Assembly: GCA_963699755.1 (NCBI GenBank)
Contig: CAVOVB010000008.1
Location: forward strand, 96,001-160,000
Source: an uncultured delta proteobacterium
Lineage (GTDB): Bacteria > Myxococcota_A > Polyangia > Polyangiales > Houyiibacteriaceae
DNA length: 64,000 nt
Direction: 5' to 3'
In this document: positions 28,183-38,658 of the stretch, one piece after another
How the letters are laid out: each line of letters starts with the position of its first letter
How positions within the stretch are numbered: the stretch's first letter is position 1
The notes under the pieces: generated by a model
The model's input: the letters and a program-made list of their open reading frames with translations, nothing else
What the model was told of the DNA's origin: nothing
Databases searched by the model: none
Made by a program: the position numbers and the translations under genes

Positions 28183-29400
28183 ATGGCTATCTCGATCGAG
28201 TTCGCGGATGACGCAGAGCTTCAAGCACGTATCAAAGTCGTAGGTGTCGGCGGTAGCGGTGGCAACGCCCTCAACACGATGATTCAAGGCGGGCTCGAAG
28301 GCGTCGAGTTCATTGCAGCAAACACGGACGCGCAGGCGTTGGATCGCAGCCTGGCTCCCGTGAAGATCCAGCTCGGCACCGAGCTCACCCGTGGCCTCGG
28401 GGCGGGTGGCAACCCCGACGTGGGTCGCAAGGCGGCGCTCGAAGACGTGCAGCGTTTGTCGGAGGTCCTCGAAGGCGCCGACATGGTTTTCATCACGGCC
28501 GGCATGGGCGGTGGCACCGGCACGGGCGCAGCTCCAATCATTTCGCAGGTTGCAAAAGATCAGGGTGCTCTGACGGTGGGTGTAGTCACTAGGCCCTTCC
28601 TCTTCGAGGGACGCAAGCGCGCGAAGAATGCCGAGCGTGGCGTCCAAGAGCTAATCGATGTGATCGACAGCATCATCACGATTCCGAACCAAAGACTGAT
28701 GTCGCTCGGCGACGACGACATCACGATGCTCGACGCCTTTGCGCGGGCCGACGACGTCTTGCTTCAGGCAGTTCAAGGCATCAGTGACCTGATCATCAAC
28801 GCTGGCATGATCAACGTCGACTTTGCCGATGTGAAGACCATCATGTCGAGCAACGGACGCGCGCTCATGGGTACGGGCATCGCCAAGGGCGACCGCCGGG
28901 CGCTCGAGGCCGCCGAGATGGCGATCAACTCACCGCTCCTCGACGAGGTGTCGGTGCAGGGCGCGACAGGCATCCTGATCAACTTCACGGCGGGCCCGGA
29001 CATCAAGCTTCGCGAGATCAACGAGGCTGCCGGGCTGGTTCAGCAGGCAGCGCACGATGATTCTGAGATCATCTTCGGCGTCGTGACCGACTCTTCTCTC
29101 TCGGACACCGTCAAGGTCACCGTCATCGCAACCGGATTCGACAAGAGCGGTCATACGCCGATCCCACTCGGCTTGCGCCACGCCGCCTCCTCCAACCACA
29201 GCTCCGCCAATGCTTCAGCCAATAGGGCGATGCGCAACCAAGCGGCTCGCCACGACGATTCGTCCTCGACGCTCGAGGGCGTACCCGCCGTGGTCACCCA
29301 GACTGTCGGCACGAGGGCCTTCGGCGCCAGTGCGCTGCACGACGAGGCGGTGCTCGACATCCCCGCGTACCTTCGCCGCGGCACCCGGAGTGCCGAATGA
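28183..29400 (+). CDS. ftsZ: Cell division protein FtsZ
   Basis: GVGGSGGNA, NTDAQ, GGGTGTG tubulin signature, NVDFAD, C-terminal LDIPAYLR; AGGAGG SD. Confidence 0.99.
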   Translation: MAISIEFADDAELQARIKVVGVGGSGGNALNTMIQGGLEGVEFIAANTDAQALDRSLAPVKIQLGTELTRGLGAGGNPDVGRKAALEDVQRLSEVLEGADMVFITAGMGGGTGTGAAPIISQVAKDQGALTVGVVTRPFLFEGRKRAKNAERGVQELIDVIDSIITIPNQRLMSLGDDDITMLDAFARADDVLLQAVQGISDLIINAGMINVDFADVKTIMSSNGRALMGTGIAKGDRRALEAAEMAINSPLLDEVSVQGATGILINFTAGPDIKLREINEAAGLVQQAAHDDSEIIFGVVTDSSLSDTVKVTVIATGFDKSGHTPIPLGLRHAASSNHSSANASANRAMRNQAARHDDSSSTLEGVPAVVTQTVGTRAFGASALHDEAVLDIPAYLRRGTRSAE

Positions 29401-29429
29401 GCTAGGAGTTATTTCATACGCTTAGCTTC

Positions 29430-29457
29430 AAGCCCGGCTTCGACCGGGCTTTTCGTT
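29430..29457 (+). terminator. Rho-independent terminator of the dcw cluster
   Basis: AAGCCCGG-CTTCGA-CCGGGCTT perfect 8-bp stem followed by a T-rich tail, 30 bp after ftsZ. Confidence 0.85.
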
Positions 29458-29641
29458 GTCCGACGCTGGGAGGGGGAATTCCCGGGGTCATGGATCGGCC
29501 ACCCAGAAGTTACAGAAAATGAGGCCAATTCACTTTGCAAAGCGAGACGATCCAGGTAGCGTGCTGACTGTGGGGCGGCGGGTTTCCGCGAATCTAAGCC
29601 CTCTAGATTAAGCGACAGACCTCTGGCATAGTGTGGATGGG

Positions 29642-30043
29642 ATGAAGCCGAGCACGAGTGTTCATGTGGGGCGCAGTGGCCCAAAGAGATGCCCTTGTTT
29701 TGGGGTGTTCTGCTTTCTATGTGCACTGATCTCCGCGCTGCTCGGGGGGAAGAGCGCATCCGCCGATGCTCCGCTTCCGGCGATTAAGCTCATGCCGATC
29801 GCGGCGCCCGCCGCAGTGCTCGGCATGAGCAACCCCTACGTCATTGCCGCGGTGGCGGAGAGGCCCGAGGTCTTGGGCTTCACGGTCTCGCAAGACATTC
29901 GCGACCTTGCGGCACAGGTGACGCAGCTCGCCCGTTACGGCGTAGATCTGAATCAGCGCAGGCTTCCGCACATCGAGAAGCTCCAGCTTCGCGTGAGGCC
30001 CCGCGGCGTCGGTGGCGTTGTCCAGATCTGCTATCGGCACTAG
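29642..30043 (+). CDS. Hypothetical exported protein
   Basis: Hydrophobic signal-like segment ending SASA|D; TAGTGT 7 nt before ATG; 11 bp before the lipase gene. Confidence 0.55.
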   Translation: MKPSTSVHVGRSGPKRCPCFGVFCFLCALISALLGGKSASADAPLPAIKLMPIAAPAAVLGMSNPYVIAAVAERPEVLGFTVSQDIRDLAAQVTQLARYGVDLNQRRLPHIEKLQLRVRPRGVGGVVQICYRH

Positions 30044-30054
30044 TCCGTCAGCGC

Positions 30055-31179
30055 GTGTCCCGTCCTCGGCATCACATCGTCCTTGTTCCTGGCCTGTTTG
30101 GTTTCGCTCGGCTGGGAGGCTTCGACTACTTCATGCACGTCGAAGAGGCGCTCGCGAGCCGCTTCTTGGAGCGCGGAGCGGACTGTGAGTTCGTCCTGGT
30201 GTCCTCGCCCCCAACAGGCTCGATCGTCCATCGCACGCAGGTCTTGATGGATGCGATTCAGCAGAGTTGCGCAGACGATGCCGGCGCTATTCATCTCGTT
30301 GGGCACTCGACGGGCGGACTCGATGTTCGACTTCTCGCTTCGCCTTCCACCTGGCCGAGCGCTCCCGACTGGTTCGAACGCGTTCGGACGATCACCAGCA
30401 TTGCGACCCCGCACTATGGCACGCCGCTCGCCTACTTCTTCACGACGATGGCGGGCACTCGGCTTCTCGAAGCCCTGTCGCTCCTGACCTACGTGACGCT
30501 CCGAGCCGGCGGGCCTCCGCTTACCATTCTGACCCCCGCGATCGCGGCCCTGGGTAGGATGGACCGGGCCCTCGGAATCGAGATCAAGCTGGTCGAACGG
30601 TCGACGGCGCTGCTTCTCCGTTTCTTGGGAGAGAACGGTCAGGCCGAAGTTCGCGACTGGTTCGATGGTATTCGCAGCGATCAGGGCGCCATCATCCAAC
30701 TCACTCCGGAGTCGATGGACATCTTCAACGCCGGGGTCGAGGACAACCCGAATCTTCGATACGGCTGCGTCGTGACGCGAACCCCCGCGCCTGGGCCCCT
30801 GCGCGTCGCCAAGAACCTCCGTTCTCCTCTCAACGCGCTCTCCGCCGCCGTCTTTTCACCGCTCTACCTCGGCGCAGGCCGCACTTCGAAAGTTTACCCG
30901 CCGCCCAATCCCGAGCCGGAGGTGCGCGAATACCTCGAGCGGGAGCTAGGTCAGCCGCTCGAGAGCTCCTTCAACGACGGCCTCGTGCCGACGGCTAGCA
31001 TGGTCTGGGGCGAAATCCTTTGGGCCGGTACAGCCGATCACCTCGACGTCCTCGGCCACTTTCACGGCGACCGCGAATCGTCACACACCGACTGGCTGGT
31101 GAGCGGCGCCGGCTTTCGCGACGAGGACTTCGACGAGGTCATGGACGCCGTCGCCGAGTTCCAACTGGGAACGCGCTAG
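30055..31179 (+). CDS. Lipase/esterase, alpha/beta hydrolase
   Basis: VLVPGLFGF oxyanion, GHSTGG nucleophile, TPHYGT, NDGLV (Asp), DHLD (His). Confidence 0.88.
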   Translation: MSRPRHHIVLVPGLFGFARLGGFDYFMHVEEALASRFLERGADCEFVLVSSPPTGSIVHRTQVLMDAIQQSCADDAGAIHLVGHSTGGLDVRLLASPSTWPSAPDWFERVRTITSIATPHYGTPLAYFFTTMAGTRLLEALSLLTYVTLRAGGPPLTILTPAIAALGRMDRALGIEIKLVERSTALLLRFLGENGQAEVRDWFDGIRSDQGAIIQLTPESMDIFNAGVEDNPNLRYGCVVTRTPAPGPLRVAKNLRSPLNALSAAVFSPLYLGAGRTSKVYPPPNPEPEVREYLERELGQPLESSFNDGLVPTASMVWGEILWAGTADHLDVLGHFHGDRESSHTDWLVSGAGFRDEDFDEVMDAVAEFQLGTR

Positions 31180-31292
31180 GCCTATGAGGAATTGTGCACG
31201 GACTTGGGAACCCCGGGGCCCCGGACGCGAGGGGCGAGGGGCGAGGGGAACGACCACGAGCGCGGGCCGGACCTCAAGCACTGCTTCTTCGG

Positions 31293-32300
31293 CTATTCGG
31301 CGGCGGCGGTCACGGCTTCGAGGAGGCTCCTGGGATAGACGCGGCCTGTCAGGCGTTCGCGGACTTCTCGGCTGACCTCGTTCCACTCGGCTTCGTGCTC
31401 TTTCGTGTCGACGGCGAGCATCCCGCGCTTGAGCATCGTTTCGTAGGCGTTGGCATCGTCTTCTCGAATCGACTTCTTCAATGCAGCTTCGACCTGACGG
31501 CCCGTGTCGAGCAGCACCTTTCGGTGCTCCTCGGAGAGGGCGTCGAGCTTTTCCTGCCGAATGACGGTCGCGCCCACGATGATTCCGCTGTTGCGCGCCG
31601 AAACGTACTTGAGACGGGTGTGCCATTGCATCGCCATGGCAGCGAGCGCCGAGGCCGGGACGGTGTCGATCATCCGCGTCTGCAATCCGGGATAGACCTC
31701 AGGCATGCCGAGCCGCACCGGATTTGCACCCACGACCTTCAAAAACTCGGTGAAGATCACGTCGTCCTTCCACGCCCAGGGACGAAGCTTTTTGATGTCC
31801 GACGGTCGTTCGATGCGCTCGGTCGAAAACAGGCGCGTCTTGCCGACGTCGCCCCAGGCGAGGATCTTGTAGCCCTCTTGTTCGAACATTGCCTCGAAGC
31901 GATCGCTCAGCGCAATGCGCACCTTGTCCAGCGCGGCATACTCGGTGAAGATGCCAGGCACGGTGAGCACGAGGACAGGCCTGACCAATTGGCTAAGCCC
32001 CAAAGTGGTGATCGAGGCGCCGTCAACCTGGCCGGCGCGCATCTTTCGGACGAAGTCGCGCTCGTCCCCTTGGCTTCCTCCAGCGTAGAATCGGAGCTTG
32101 AGCGTGTTGTTCGTCTGCTGCTGGACGCTTCGATTCCAGGCATTGAACACCTTCATCCAGGAGGAGCCGTTCGGCGCCAGGGTCGCGATTCGAAGCTCCG
32201 TCGCAGGTTCTGCTTCGGCATGTTTGGGACCGGCCCCGGGGCTTGCTGCTGCCGCGACGGCAAGGGCGAGGACCAATGCGAATCTCACAACCATATGCAT
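31293..32300 (-). CDS. TRAP transporter substrate-binding protein (DctP family)
   Basis: Signal peptide; LRIATLAPNGSSW, QGDE..VRKMRAGQVDG, EVYPGLQT.MID. Confidence 0.88.
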   Translation of the reverse strand: MHMVVRFALVLALAVAAAASPGAGPKHAEAEPATELRIATLAPNGSSWMKVFNAWNRSVQQQTNNTLKLRFYAGGSQGDERDFVRKMRAGQVDGASITTLGLSQLVRPVLVLTVPGIFTEYAALDKVRIALSDRFEAMFEQEGYKILAWGDVGKTRLFSTERIERPSDIKKLRPWAWKDDVIFTEFLKVVGANPVRLGMPEVYPGLQTRMIDTVPASALAAMAMQWHTRLKYVSARNSGIIVGATVIRQEKLDALSEEHRKVLLDTGRQVEAALKKSIREDDANAYETMLKRGMLAVDTKEHEAEWNEVSREVRERLTGRVYPRSLLEAVTAAAE

Positions 32301-33223
32301 CAGCCTAGTCCGTACTCATCCCGATTCGCCGTCAAGTGTTCGATGTAGTACTCGGCCGCTTGGCCGGCTTCGACTTTCCCGGTGTCGGCGGCGGCGGTGA
32401 GTTGCTTCATGAGGTCTCCGAGCTGCTTGGAGGGAGGAACCCCGAACTCCTTCATGATCACCGCGCCCAAGCCCTTTGGCAGCGGCGCAACCTTACTGTC
32501 CTCTTCCTGCAGATCGCGAATGTGCTGGGCCAGCAGGCTGATTTGACGCACGCCGCGCCGCCGCTTCTCGGGACGCTTCGTGGTGATGTCTGCGCGGCTC
32601 AAGTCGAGCAAGTCCCGAAGGCCTTCGCCCATCTGCTTGTAGAATCGGCGAACGGCAGCATCGGTCCAGGTCTCGTCGTATTGCGCTGCACGGAGGTGAT
32701 GCAGAATCAGGAAGTGAACCCGCTCACGCTGCGCGCCTTCGAAACCGATACGATCGGCCACGCGCTTTTGAAACATGGAGGCGCCAACTTCCGCGTGGCC
32801 GTGGAAGGTGACATTCCCGCGGTCATCGATTCGACGCGTCTTCGGCTTTCCGATGTCGTGCAGCAAAGCACCCCAGCGCACCTCGACGCGCGGGACCGCC
32901 TGCTTCACGACCTGCTTGGTGTGCTTCCAAACGTCTTTGTGACGCCACTCGTTGTCGCCGAAGCCGACCATGGCTGCAACTTCGGGAAGCCACACATCGA
33001 GGCAGCCCACCGACTCGATCGCATCGAGCCCCGGTTCGGGGTGCTTGGAGGTGAGGAGCCGGTCCATTTGCTCGCGAAACACCGAAATTGGGAGCGAACG
33101 CCAGTCCGCAGGGGTGGGGCGCCCGGGCTTGTGCTGGAGCAGGGCCGGATCCCCCGCCACATCGGCGGCCCAGATCAACGTTTCGATTGCCCGCTCGGGC
33201 GTCACCTCTGTTGCCACAGACAT
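32300..33223 (-). CDS. HD-domain phosphohydrolase resembling the C-terminal half of CCA tRNA nucleotidyltransferases, without the NTase domain
   Basis: WLPE..HKDVWKHT, ALLHDIGKP.T, FHGHAEVG, HHLR, WTDAAVRR, RADITT; no GG.VRD/DxD polymerase head. Confidence 0.8.
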   Translation of the reverse strand: MSVATEVTPERAIETLIWAADVAGDPALLQHKPGRPTPADWRSLPISVFREQMDRLLTSKHPEPGLDAIESVGCLDVWLPEVAAMVGFGDNEWRHKDVWKHTKQVVKQAVPRVEVRWGALLHDIGKPKTRRIDDRGNVTFHGHAEVGASMFQKRVADRIGFEGAQRERVHFLILHHLRAAQYDETWTDAAVRRFYKQMGEGLRDLLDLSRADITTKRPEKRRRGVRQISLLAQHIRDLQEEDSKVAPLPKGLGAVIMKEFGVPPSKQLGDLMKQLTAAADTGKVEAGQAAEYYIEHLTANRDEYGLG

Positions 33224-33226
33224 CGC

Positions 33227-34321
33227 TCAGCCTAGTATATCGCGGAGCGCCTCCACGAGGCGCCGATTCTCTTCGGGGGTGCCAATGGTGATCCGGACGC
33301 AGCTTCGGAGCCGCGAATCACCGCTCGTGAACTGCCGGACCACGATGTCGCGATCCAAGAGCGCTCCGTGGAGCGCTGGAACGTCGCCCGCATATCGAAC
33401 GAGTAAGAAGTTAGCCCCGCTCGGGTAGCAGTGAAGCGCTTCGTGCCGGCCGAGCTCGCTCGCCAGTCGTTCGCGCTCGGCGACGATGCTGATGATCTGT
33501 TCTTCGAGCAGGGACCCGAAGTCGGTCAGCGCCAAGGTCGCAATGGCTTGAGACGCTGTGTTCAAGTTGAAGGGCTGGCGCACTTTCTCGAGCTCTGCCG
33601 ACAGCGCCTCGTGAAGACGCACCCATCCGACACGAATTCCAGCAAAGCCGACCTTCGACAGGGTGCCCATCAACGCGCAGTGAGGGTGCTGCTCGGCGAA
33701 CGTCGCAAACGATTGCCCGGAGTAGGCCCCATAGGCCTCGTCGATGACGTGCAGCATGTCGGGGAATGCGACCACGAGCCTTTCAATCTTGTGGCGCGAG
33801 AAACAATTGCCAGTCGGGTTGTTGGGGCTCGCGTAGTAGACGAGGTTGGGTTTCGTTCGAGTCAAGGTCGCGGCCATCGCGTCTGCGTCGAGGTCCCAGT
33901 CACCGCCGAGAGGAACGCCAACAGGCTCCCATCCATGTGCTCGGCTCGTCATGCGGTACATCACAAATGTCGGCTCAGGAAACACGACGACTGGACGTTC
34001 CGCGCCCGCGCGAGGTCGCGCCATCGCCGTTGCGAGCGACGCAATGAGCTCATCGGAGCCGGCGCCGAGCACGTATTCGTCGGGGTCTCCGCCAAGGCCA
34101 CGCGCGAGGGCCTCTCGAAGCTGGGTCGCGCGCCCATCGGGGTAGCGATTCATCTCTATCTGGTGCAGGGCCGCTGCAACCCGCGCGCGCGCTTCTGGGG
34201 GCAATGAAAACGGGCTTTCGTTTGCGTCGAGCTTCACCGCCGGTGGGGCAGGGGGCACCCGGTATGCCGAAAGCTCATCGAGCTCCGGCCGAAAAAGGGC
34301 TTTCAGGGATTCGATCGACAT
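33227..34321 (-). CDS. hisC: Histidinol-phosphate aminotransferase
   Basis: KLDANESP, RYPD, GSDE, SPNNPTG, DEAY, TLSK..AGIRVG, RITIGT. Confidence 0.93.
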   Translation of the reverse strand: MSIESLKALFRPELDELSAYRVPPAPPAVKLDANESPFSLPPEARARVAAALHQIEMNRYPDGRATQLREALARGLGGDPDEYVLGAGSDELIASLATAMARPRAGAERPVVVFPEPTFVMYRMTSRAHGWEPVGVPLGGDWDLDADAMAATLTRTKPNLVYYASPNNPTGNCFSRHKIERLVVAFPDMLHVIDEAYGAYSGQSFATFAEQHPHCALMGTLSKVGFAGIRVGWVRLHEALSAELEKVRQPFNLNTASQAIATLALTDFGSLLEEQIISIVAERERLASELGRHEALHCYPSGANFLLVRYAGDVPALHGALLDRDIVVRQFTSGDSRLRSCVRITIGTPEENRRLVEALRDILG

Positions 34322-34393
34322 GCGACTCACCGGTCGGGCGGAGTCATGGCACGCCGTGGGCTTCTGTAAAGCGGTCAGCCAGAAACAAGGCAA

Positions 34394-35212
34394 TCAGTGT
34401 AGAACGAGGTCCGCCTGCTGTCGCGCCTCAGCCAGGGCCTGGCCGACCAGATGGGCATCTTTGGCGTCGGGTCGAGCCTCCAAGTACGCTGCCAAATCCT
34501 CGGAGGCCGCTCCGTACGTACGAAGGGCGTGCGCCAGGAGGCCACGGTCGCGCCGGTGCTCAGGCGCCTGTGTCAGCTCGACCAAGTGGTCACATGCCAG
34601 CATCGCCCGCGCGTAGTCGCCTTGGCGGCGATGGGCGTTTTTCAGATTTGCGAGCATGCGGATGGTGATCGTGAGACAGTCGACCGGTTCGAGATAACTC
34701 GGATGCAAGGCCATCTCCGCGCCAAGGAACTCCGCCGCGAGCCGTCTCAAACCGTGACCATCAAGCAGTTCGCCTCCGTGGAATGGATCTTGGTAGACAC
34801 CGTCCGGGCCGCCCACGCGAACCAAGAAGTGGCCAGGGAACCCGACGCCTTCGACCTCCATCCCCGCGCGCTCACCAACCGCCATGGTGAGCACAGAGAG
34901 CGAAATCGGAATCCCTTTGCGGCGAATCAACACTTTGTCGAGATAGCTGTTGTAGGGGTTGTAGTAGTCTTCGCGCTCGCCTTCGAAGCCGAGCTCTTCG
35001 AAGAGCAGCTCTGCGAGGATTCGTCCGTCGCGCTCCGGGCTCGAGCGAAGGCCCCGACGAATCAAGGCTTCGGCGCCTAGGCCGTCCAGGCCCCGCCGGG
35101 TCGCCCTCTCATCTAGCAGCGGGTTGGCCTCCTTGGCGATGAGGATGGCGACGTCCTCGACCCGCACGTTGGGACGTTGAAGGACTGAAACCAAGGGATC
35201 TCCACTCGCCAC
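34394..35212 (-). CDS. SirB1/YchA-like transglutaminase-fold + TPR protein
   Basis: NSYLDKVL.RRKGIPISL, FPGHFLVR, DPFHGG, RDRGL TPR-like tail; start uncertain. Confidence 0.85.
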   Translation of the reverse strand: MASGDPLVSVLQRPNVRVEDVAILIAKEANPLLDERATRRGLDGLGAEALIRRGLRSSPERDGRILAELLFEELGFEGEREDYYNPYNSYLDKVLIRRKGIPISLSVLTMAVGERAGMEVEGVGFPGHFLVRVGGPDGVYQDPFHGGELLDGHGLRRLAAEFLGAEMALHPSYLEPVDCLTITIRMLANLKNAHRRQGDYARAMLACDHLVELTQAPEHRRDRGLLAHALRTYGAASEDLAAYLEARPDAKDAHLVGQALAEARQQADLVLH

Positions 35213-35313
35213 GATTCTAACCTTGCTTCGAAGTAGACTGACCGATCGCGCGCTGATGTCGAGCCGAGCACTGTGCTAGATCGGCTTTGGTCGCAAGCCT
35301 ATGTGCTGTTCGA

Positions 35314-35931
35314 ATGCTTGACGAATTTCTGCACACACTGGAGCACGGCTCCTCGTTCTGGGCCTACGCGCTCGTCGCTGCGGCGGCTGCGATCGAGTAC
35401 ATCTTCCCGCCAATCCCTGGGGATACCGTAGCGCTCTTTGCCGTTGCGTTGGCGGTTCGCGCGCAATTGCATTGGGCCTTCGTGTACCTCGCGATGACCG
35501 TGGGCGCGCTTCTTGGTGGGCTCGCGGCCTGGGGATTCGGCGTCTGGCTCGCGAACCACGAAGACCACTGGCCTTCATTTTTGAAAACCCAGGGCGCGAC
35601 GCGCGCTCTCGACGCAGTGCGTCGCGGCTACTCACAGCACGGCGAAATGTACCTCGCCGCCAATCGTTTTCTGCCAGCGCTTCGAGCTTTCTTCTTCGTT
35701 GGCGCCGGCTTGTCACGCATGCGCCTCGGCCCGGTCCTGGTCTACGGGGGAATCTCGGCAGCCCTTTGGAACGCGCTCCTGATGGCCGTGGGCTACGCGA
35801 TCGGCAACAACTGGGACGTGCTCCGCGACGTGGCGCACCGCTACGCCGTAGCGACGTTGATCGTCATCGCCGTCGCGGCCGTTGGCGTCATCGCCCGATT
35901 CATCTGGGAGAACCGACGCGCTGAGCGCTAA
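35314..35931 (+). CDS. DedA family membrane protein
   Basis: [25 protein letters not shown]. Confidence 0.85.
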   Translation: MLDEFLHTLEHGSSFWAYALVAAAAAIEYIFPPIPGDTVALFAVALAVRAQLHWAFVYLAMTVGALLGGLAAWGFGVWLANHEDHWPSFLKTQGATRALDAVRRGYSQHGEMYLAANRFLPALRAFFFVGAGLSRMRLGPVLVYGGISAALWNALLMAVGYAIGNNWDVLRDVAHRYAVATLIVIAVAAVGVIARFIWENRRAER

Positions 35932-36707
35932 CGGTTCTCGATCGGCGCATCGGCTCTCACCATCGAGCGCACGAGCTCGCGATTCATCCGCGCGATCCAT
36001 CGAAGGCTCACGCCCTTCGGACAAGCTGCCTCGCATTCGCCGTGGTTCGTGCAGCCGCCGAAGCCTTCCGCATCCATCTGCGCGACCATTTTGCGCGCAC
36101 GGTCCTGACGCTCCGCTTGGCCCTGAGGCAGCAAGGCGAGATGAGAGACCTTCGCAGCCGTGAAGAGACTCGCCGATGCGTTCGGGCAAGCTGCTACACA
36201 GGCGCCGCAACCGATGCACTCCGCGGCATCCATGGCCAGGTCCGCGGTCGCCTTCGGGATTGCAAGCTCGTTGGCTTCCGGGGCGCTTCCAGTGCGGATT
36301 GAGATGTAGCCGCCGGCTTGGATGATGCGGTCCATAGCGCTTCGGTCGACGATCAAGTCCTTGACGATCGGGAAGCCGCTCGCGCGCCAGGGCTCGAGCC
36401 AAAGCTCGTCGCCGTCCTTGAACTGCCGCATATGCAGCTGGCAGGTGGTCGTGAGCTTCTGGGGGCCGTGCGCCACGCCGTTGATCACCATTCCGCACGA
36501 GCCACAGATGCCCTCTCGGCAGTCGTGGTCGAAAGCGATCGGCGATTTGCCGTTCTCGATAAGATCTTCGTTTACGACGTCGAGCATCTCGAGGAAGGAC
36601 ATGTGCGTCGAGATGCCTTTCGCCTTGTGCACTTCGAAGCGTCCGGAATCCGTGGGGCCGTCTTGGCGCCAGACGTGCAGAGTTAGATTCAGTAGTTCTT
36701 CACTCAT
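35928..36707 (-). CDS. sdhB: Succinate dehydrogenase/fumarate reductase iron-sulfur subunit
   Basis: [10 protein letters not shown] (2Fe-2S), [11 protein letters not shown] and [12 protein letters not shown] clusters. Confidence 0.95.
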   Translation of the reverse strand: MSEELLNLTLHVWRQDGPTDSGRFEVHKAKGISTHMSFLEMLDVVNEDLIENGKSPIAFDHDCREGICGSCGMVINGVAHGPQKLTTTCQLHMRQFKDGDELWLEPWRASGFPIVKDLIVDRSAMDRIIQAGGYISIRTGSAPEANELAIPKATADLAMDAAECIGCGACVAACPNASASLFTAAKVSHLALLPQGQAERQDRARKMVAQMDAEGFGGCTNHGECEAACPKGVSLRWIARMNRELVRSMVRADAPIENR

Positions 36708-36718
36708 CGATAGGCCCC

Positions 36719-38650
36719 TTACTTGTAGCTCCGCTTGCTGGGCTTGACGTATTCGAAGGCCAGCTGCTCTTTGTGGAGCCGGGGCTCGCTCGGGTTTCCG
36801 GTCCACTCCCAGGCCGACACGTATTGGAAATGCTCGTCGTCACGGAGAGCCTCTCCGTTCTCTTGGTGTTCTTCGCGGAAGTGACCGCCACAGCTTTCCT
36901 CGCGCTTCAGAGCGTCGATGCACATCAGCTCGCCGAGCTCGAAGAAGTCGGCCACGCGCCCGGCTCGTTCCAGCGTCTGGTTGATCTCCGCGCCGCTTCC
37001 CACGACCTTCACCTCGCGCCAGAACTGGTCGCGCAGCTTTGGAATCTCGCGCAAGGCCTCTTCGAGGCCGGCCTTGTTGCGGGACATGCCGCACTTGGTC
37101 CAGATGATCCTGCCGAGCTTGCGATGGAAGTACTCTGGGGCGTGCTTGGGGTCGGGCGCGTTCATGAGCTTGTGGATACGCTCTTGGACCGCGCTGACGC
37201 TCCGAGTCACGTCGGGATGGTCTTCAGCGAGTGGGGGCAGGGAGCGTACCTCGCCGAGGTAGTTGCCCACGGTAGATGGCAGTACGAAGTAGCCGTCCGC
37301 CAGTCCTTGCATGAGCGCCGAGGCACCGAGCCGGTTAGCGCCATGGTCGGAGAAGTTCGCTTCGCCGCCGGAGAAAAGCCCCGGTACGGTGGTCTGCAGG
37401 TTGTAGTCCACCCAGAGGCCACCCATCGTGTAGTGGGTCGCCGGGTAGATGCGCATCGGCGTCTCGTAAGGACTCTCTCCGGCGATGCGCTCGTACATCT
37501 CGAAGAGGTTGCCGTAGCGCTCCCGGATCGTTTGTTCCCCGAGGCGCTCAATCGCGTCGCGGAAGTCGAGATAGACACCACGACGCTCACCGTCGACCTC
37601 TGGGCCTACGCCCAGGCCGTCGTTGGTCACATAGAGCGCGTTTCGCGAAGCGACGTCGCGGGGGACGAGGTTGCCGAATGCCGGGTAGCGCTCCTCGAGG
37701 TAGTAGAAGCGGTCCTCCTCGGGAATGTCCTCGGGGCGCTTGGTGACGTCTTCCTTCTTTCGAGGAACCCAGACGCGGCCGTCGTTTCGAAGGGATTCGC
37801 TCATGAGCGTCAGCTTGGACTGGTAGCTGCCCGACTGCGGTATGCAGGTCGGATGGATCTGTGTGTAGCAGGGGTTCGCGAACGCCGCGCCGTGACGATG
37901 CGCGCGCCAGGTCGCCATGCAGTTGCAGCCCTTGGCGTTGGTCGAAAGGAAAAAGACGTTCCCGTAGCCGCCCGTGCAAAGGATCACCATGTCAGCGATG
38001 TGCGGGCTTACTTTGCCGGTGGTCATGCAACGCGTGACGATGCCGCGAGCCCGCCCCTCGTGAACGATGAGGTCGAGCATCTCGGTTCGTGGGAACATCT
38101 CGACGGTCCCTTCTTCGATCTGCTTGCTGAGCGCTTGATAGGCACCCAGCAAGAGCTGCTGGCCGGTCTGCCCGCGTGCATAGAAGGTCCGGGACACCTG
38201 CGCCCCGCCGAAGGAGCGGTTCGCCAAGAGCCCGCCGTACTCGCGCGCAAACGGCACGCCTTGCGCAACCGCCTGGTCGATGATGTTCACGCTGAGCTGG
38301 GCGAGCCGGTAGACGTTCGACTCCCGTGAGCGGAAGTCGCCTCCCTTGACCGTGTCGTAGAACAGGCGATAGACGCTGTCGCCGTCGTTCTGGTAGTTCT
38401 TCGCGGCATTGATTCCGCCCTGCGCGGCGATGCTGTGCGCTCGTCGCGGGCTGTCCTGGTAGCAAAAGCACTTGACGTTGTAGCCCATCTCGCCAAGCGA
38501 GGCGGCTGCCGCGCCGCCCGCGAGCCCGCTGCCCACCACGATGATCGTATACTTCCGGCGGTTGGCCGGCGCGACGAGCTTGCTCTCCTCTTTGTGCTTT
38601 TCCCAGCGATGCTCGATAGGCCCGGTCGGTTCGTTCGATCGAAGTTCCAT
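36719..38650 (-). CDS. sdhA: Succinate dehydrogenase/fumarate reductase flavoprotein subunit
   Basis: [16 protein letters not shown] (FAD His), QIHPT, HYTMGG, HGANRLG. Confidence 0.96.
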   Translation of the reverse strand: MELRSNEPTGPIEHRWEKHKEESKLVAPANRRKYTIIVVGSGLAGGAAAASLGEMGYNVKCFCYQDSPRRAHSIAAQGGINAAKNYQNDGDSVYRLFYDTVKGGDFRSRESNVYRLAQLSVNIIDQAVAQGVPFAREYGGLLANRSFGGAQVSRTFYARGQTGQQLLLGAYQALSKQIEEGTVEMFPRTEMLDLIVHEGRARGIVTRCMTTGKVSPHIADMVILCTGGYGNVFFLSTNAKGCNCMATWRAHRHGAAFANPCYTQIHPTCIPQSGSYQSKLTLMSESLRNDGRVWVPRKKEDVTKRPEDIPEEDRFYYLEERYPAFGNLVPRDVASRNALYVTNDGLGVGPEVDGERRGVYLDFRDAIERLGEQTIRERYGNLFEMYERIAGESPYETPMRIYPATHYTMGGLWVDYNLQTTVPGLFSGGEANFSDHGANRLGASALMQGLADGYFVLPSTVGNYLGEVRSLPPLAEDHPDVTRSVSAVQERIHKLMNAPDPKHAPEYFHRKLGRIIWTKCGMSRNKAGLEEALREIPKLRDQFWREVKVVGSGAEINQTLERAGRVADFFELGELMCIDALKREESCGGHFREEHQENGEALRDDEHFQYVSAWEWTGNPSEPRLHKEQLAFEYVKPSKRSYK

Positions 38651-38658
38651 GGCGACCC

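Noticed and set aside
29458..29641. Possible ncRNA or sigma54 promoter after ftsZ (CTGGCATA)
   Set aside because: No TTGC at -12 spacing; no recognisable tRNA, riboswitch or sRNA structure
31194..33235. 384-aa and 299-aa + strand ORFs
   Set aside because: Antisense shadows of dctP and the HD gene, which carry the real motifs
36773..38329. 518-aa + strand ORF
   Set aside because: Antisense to sdhA, no recognisable domain
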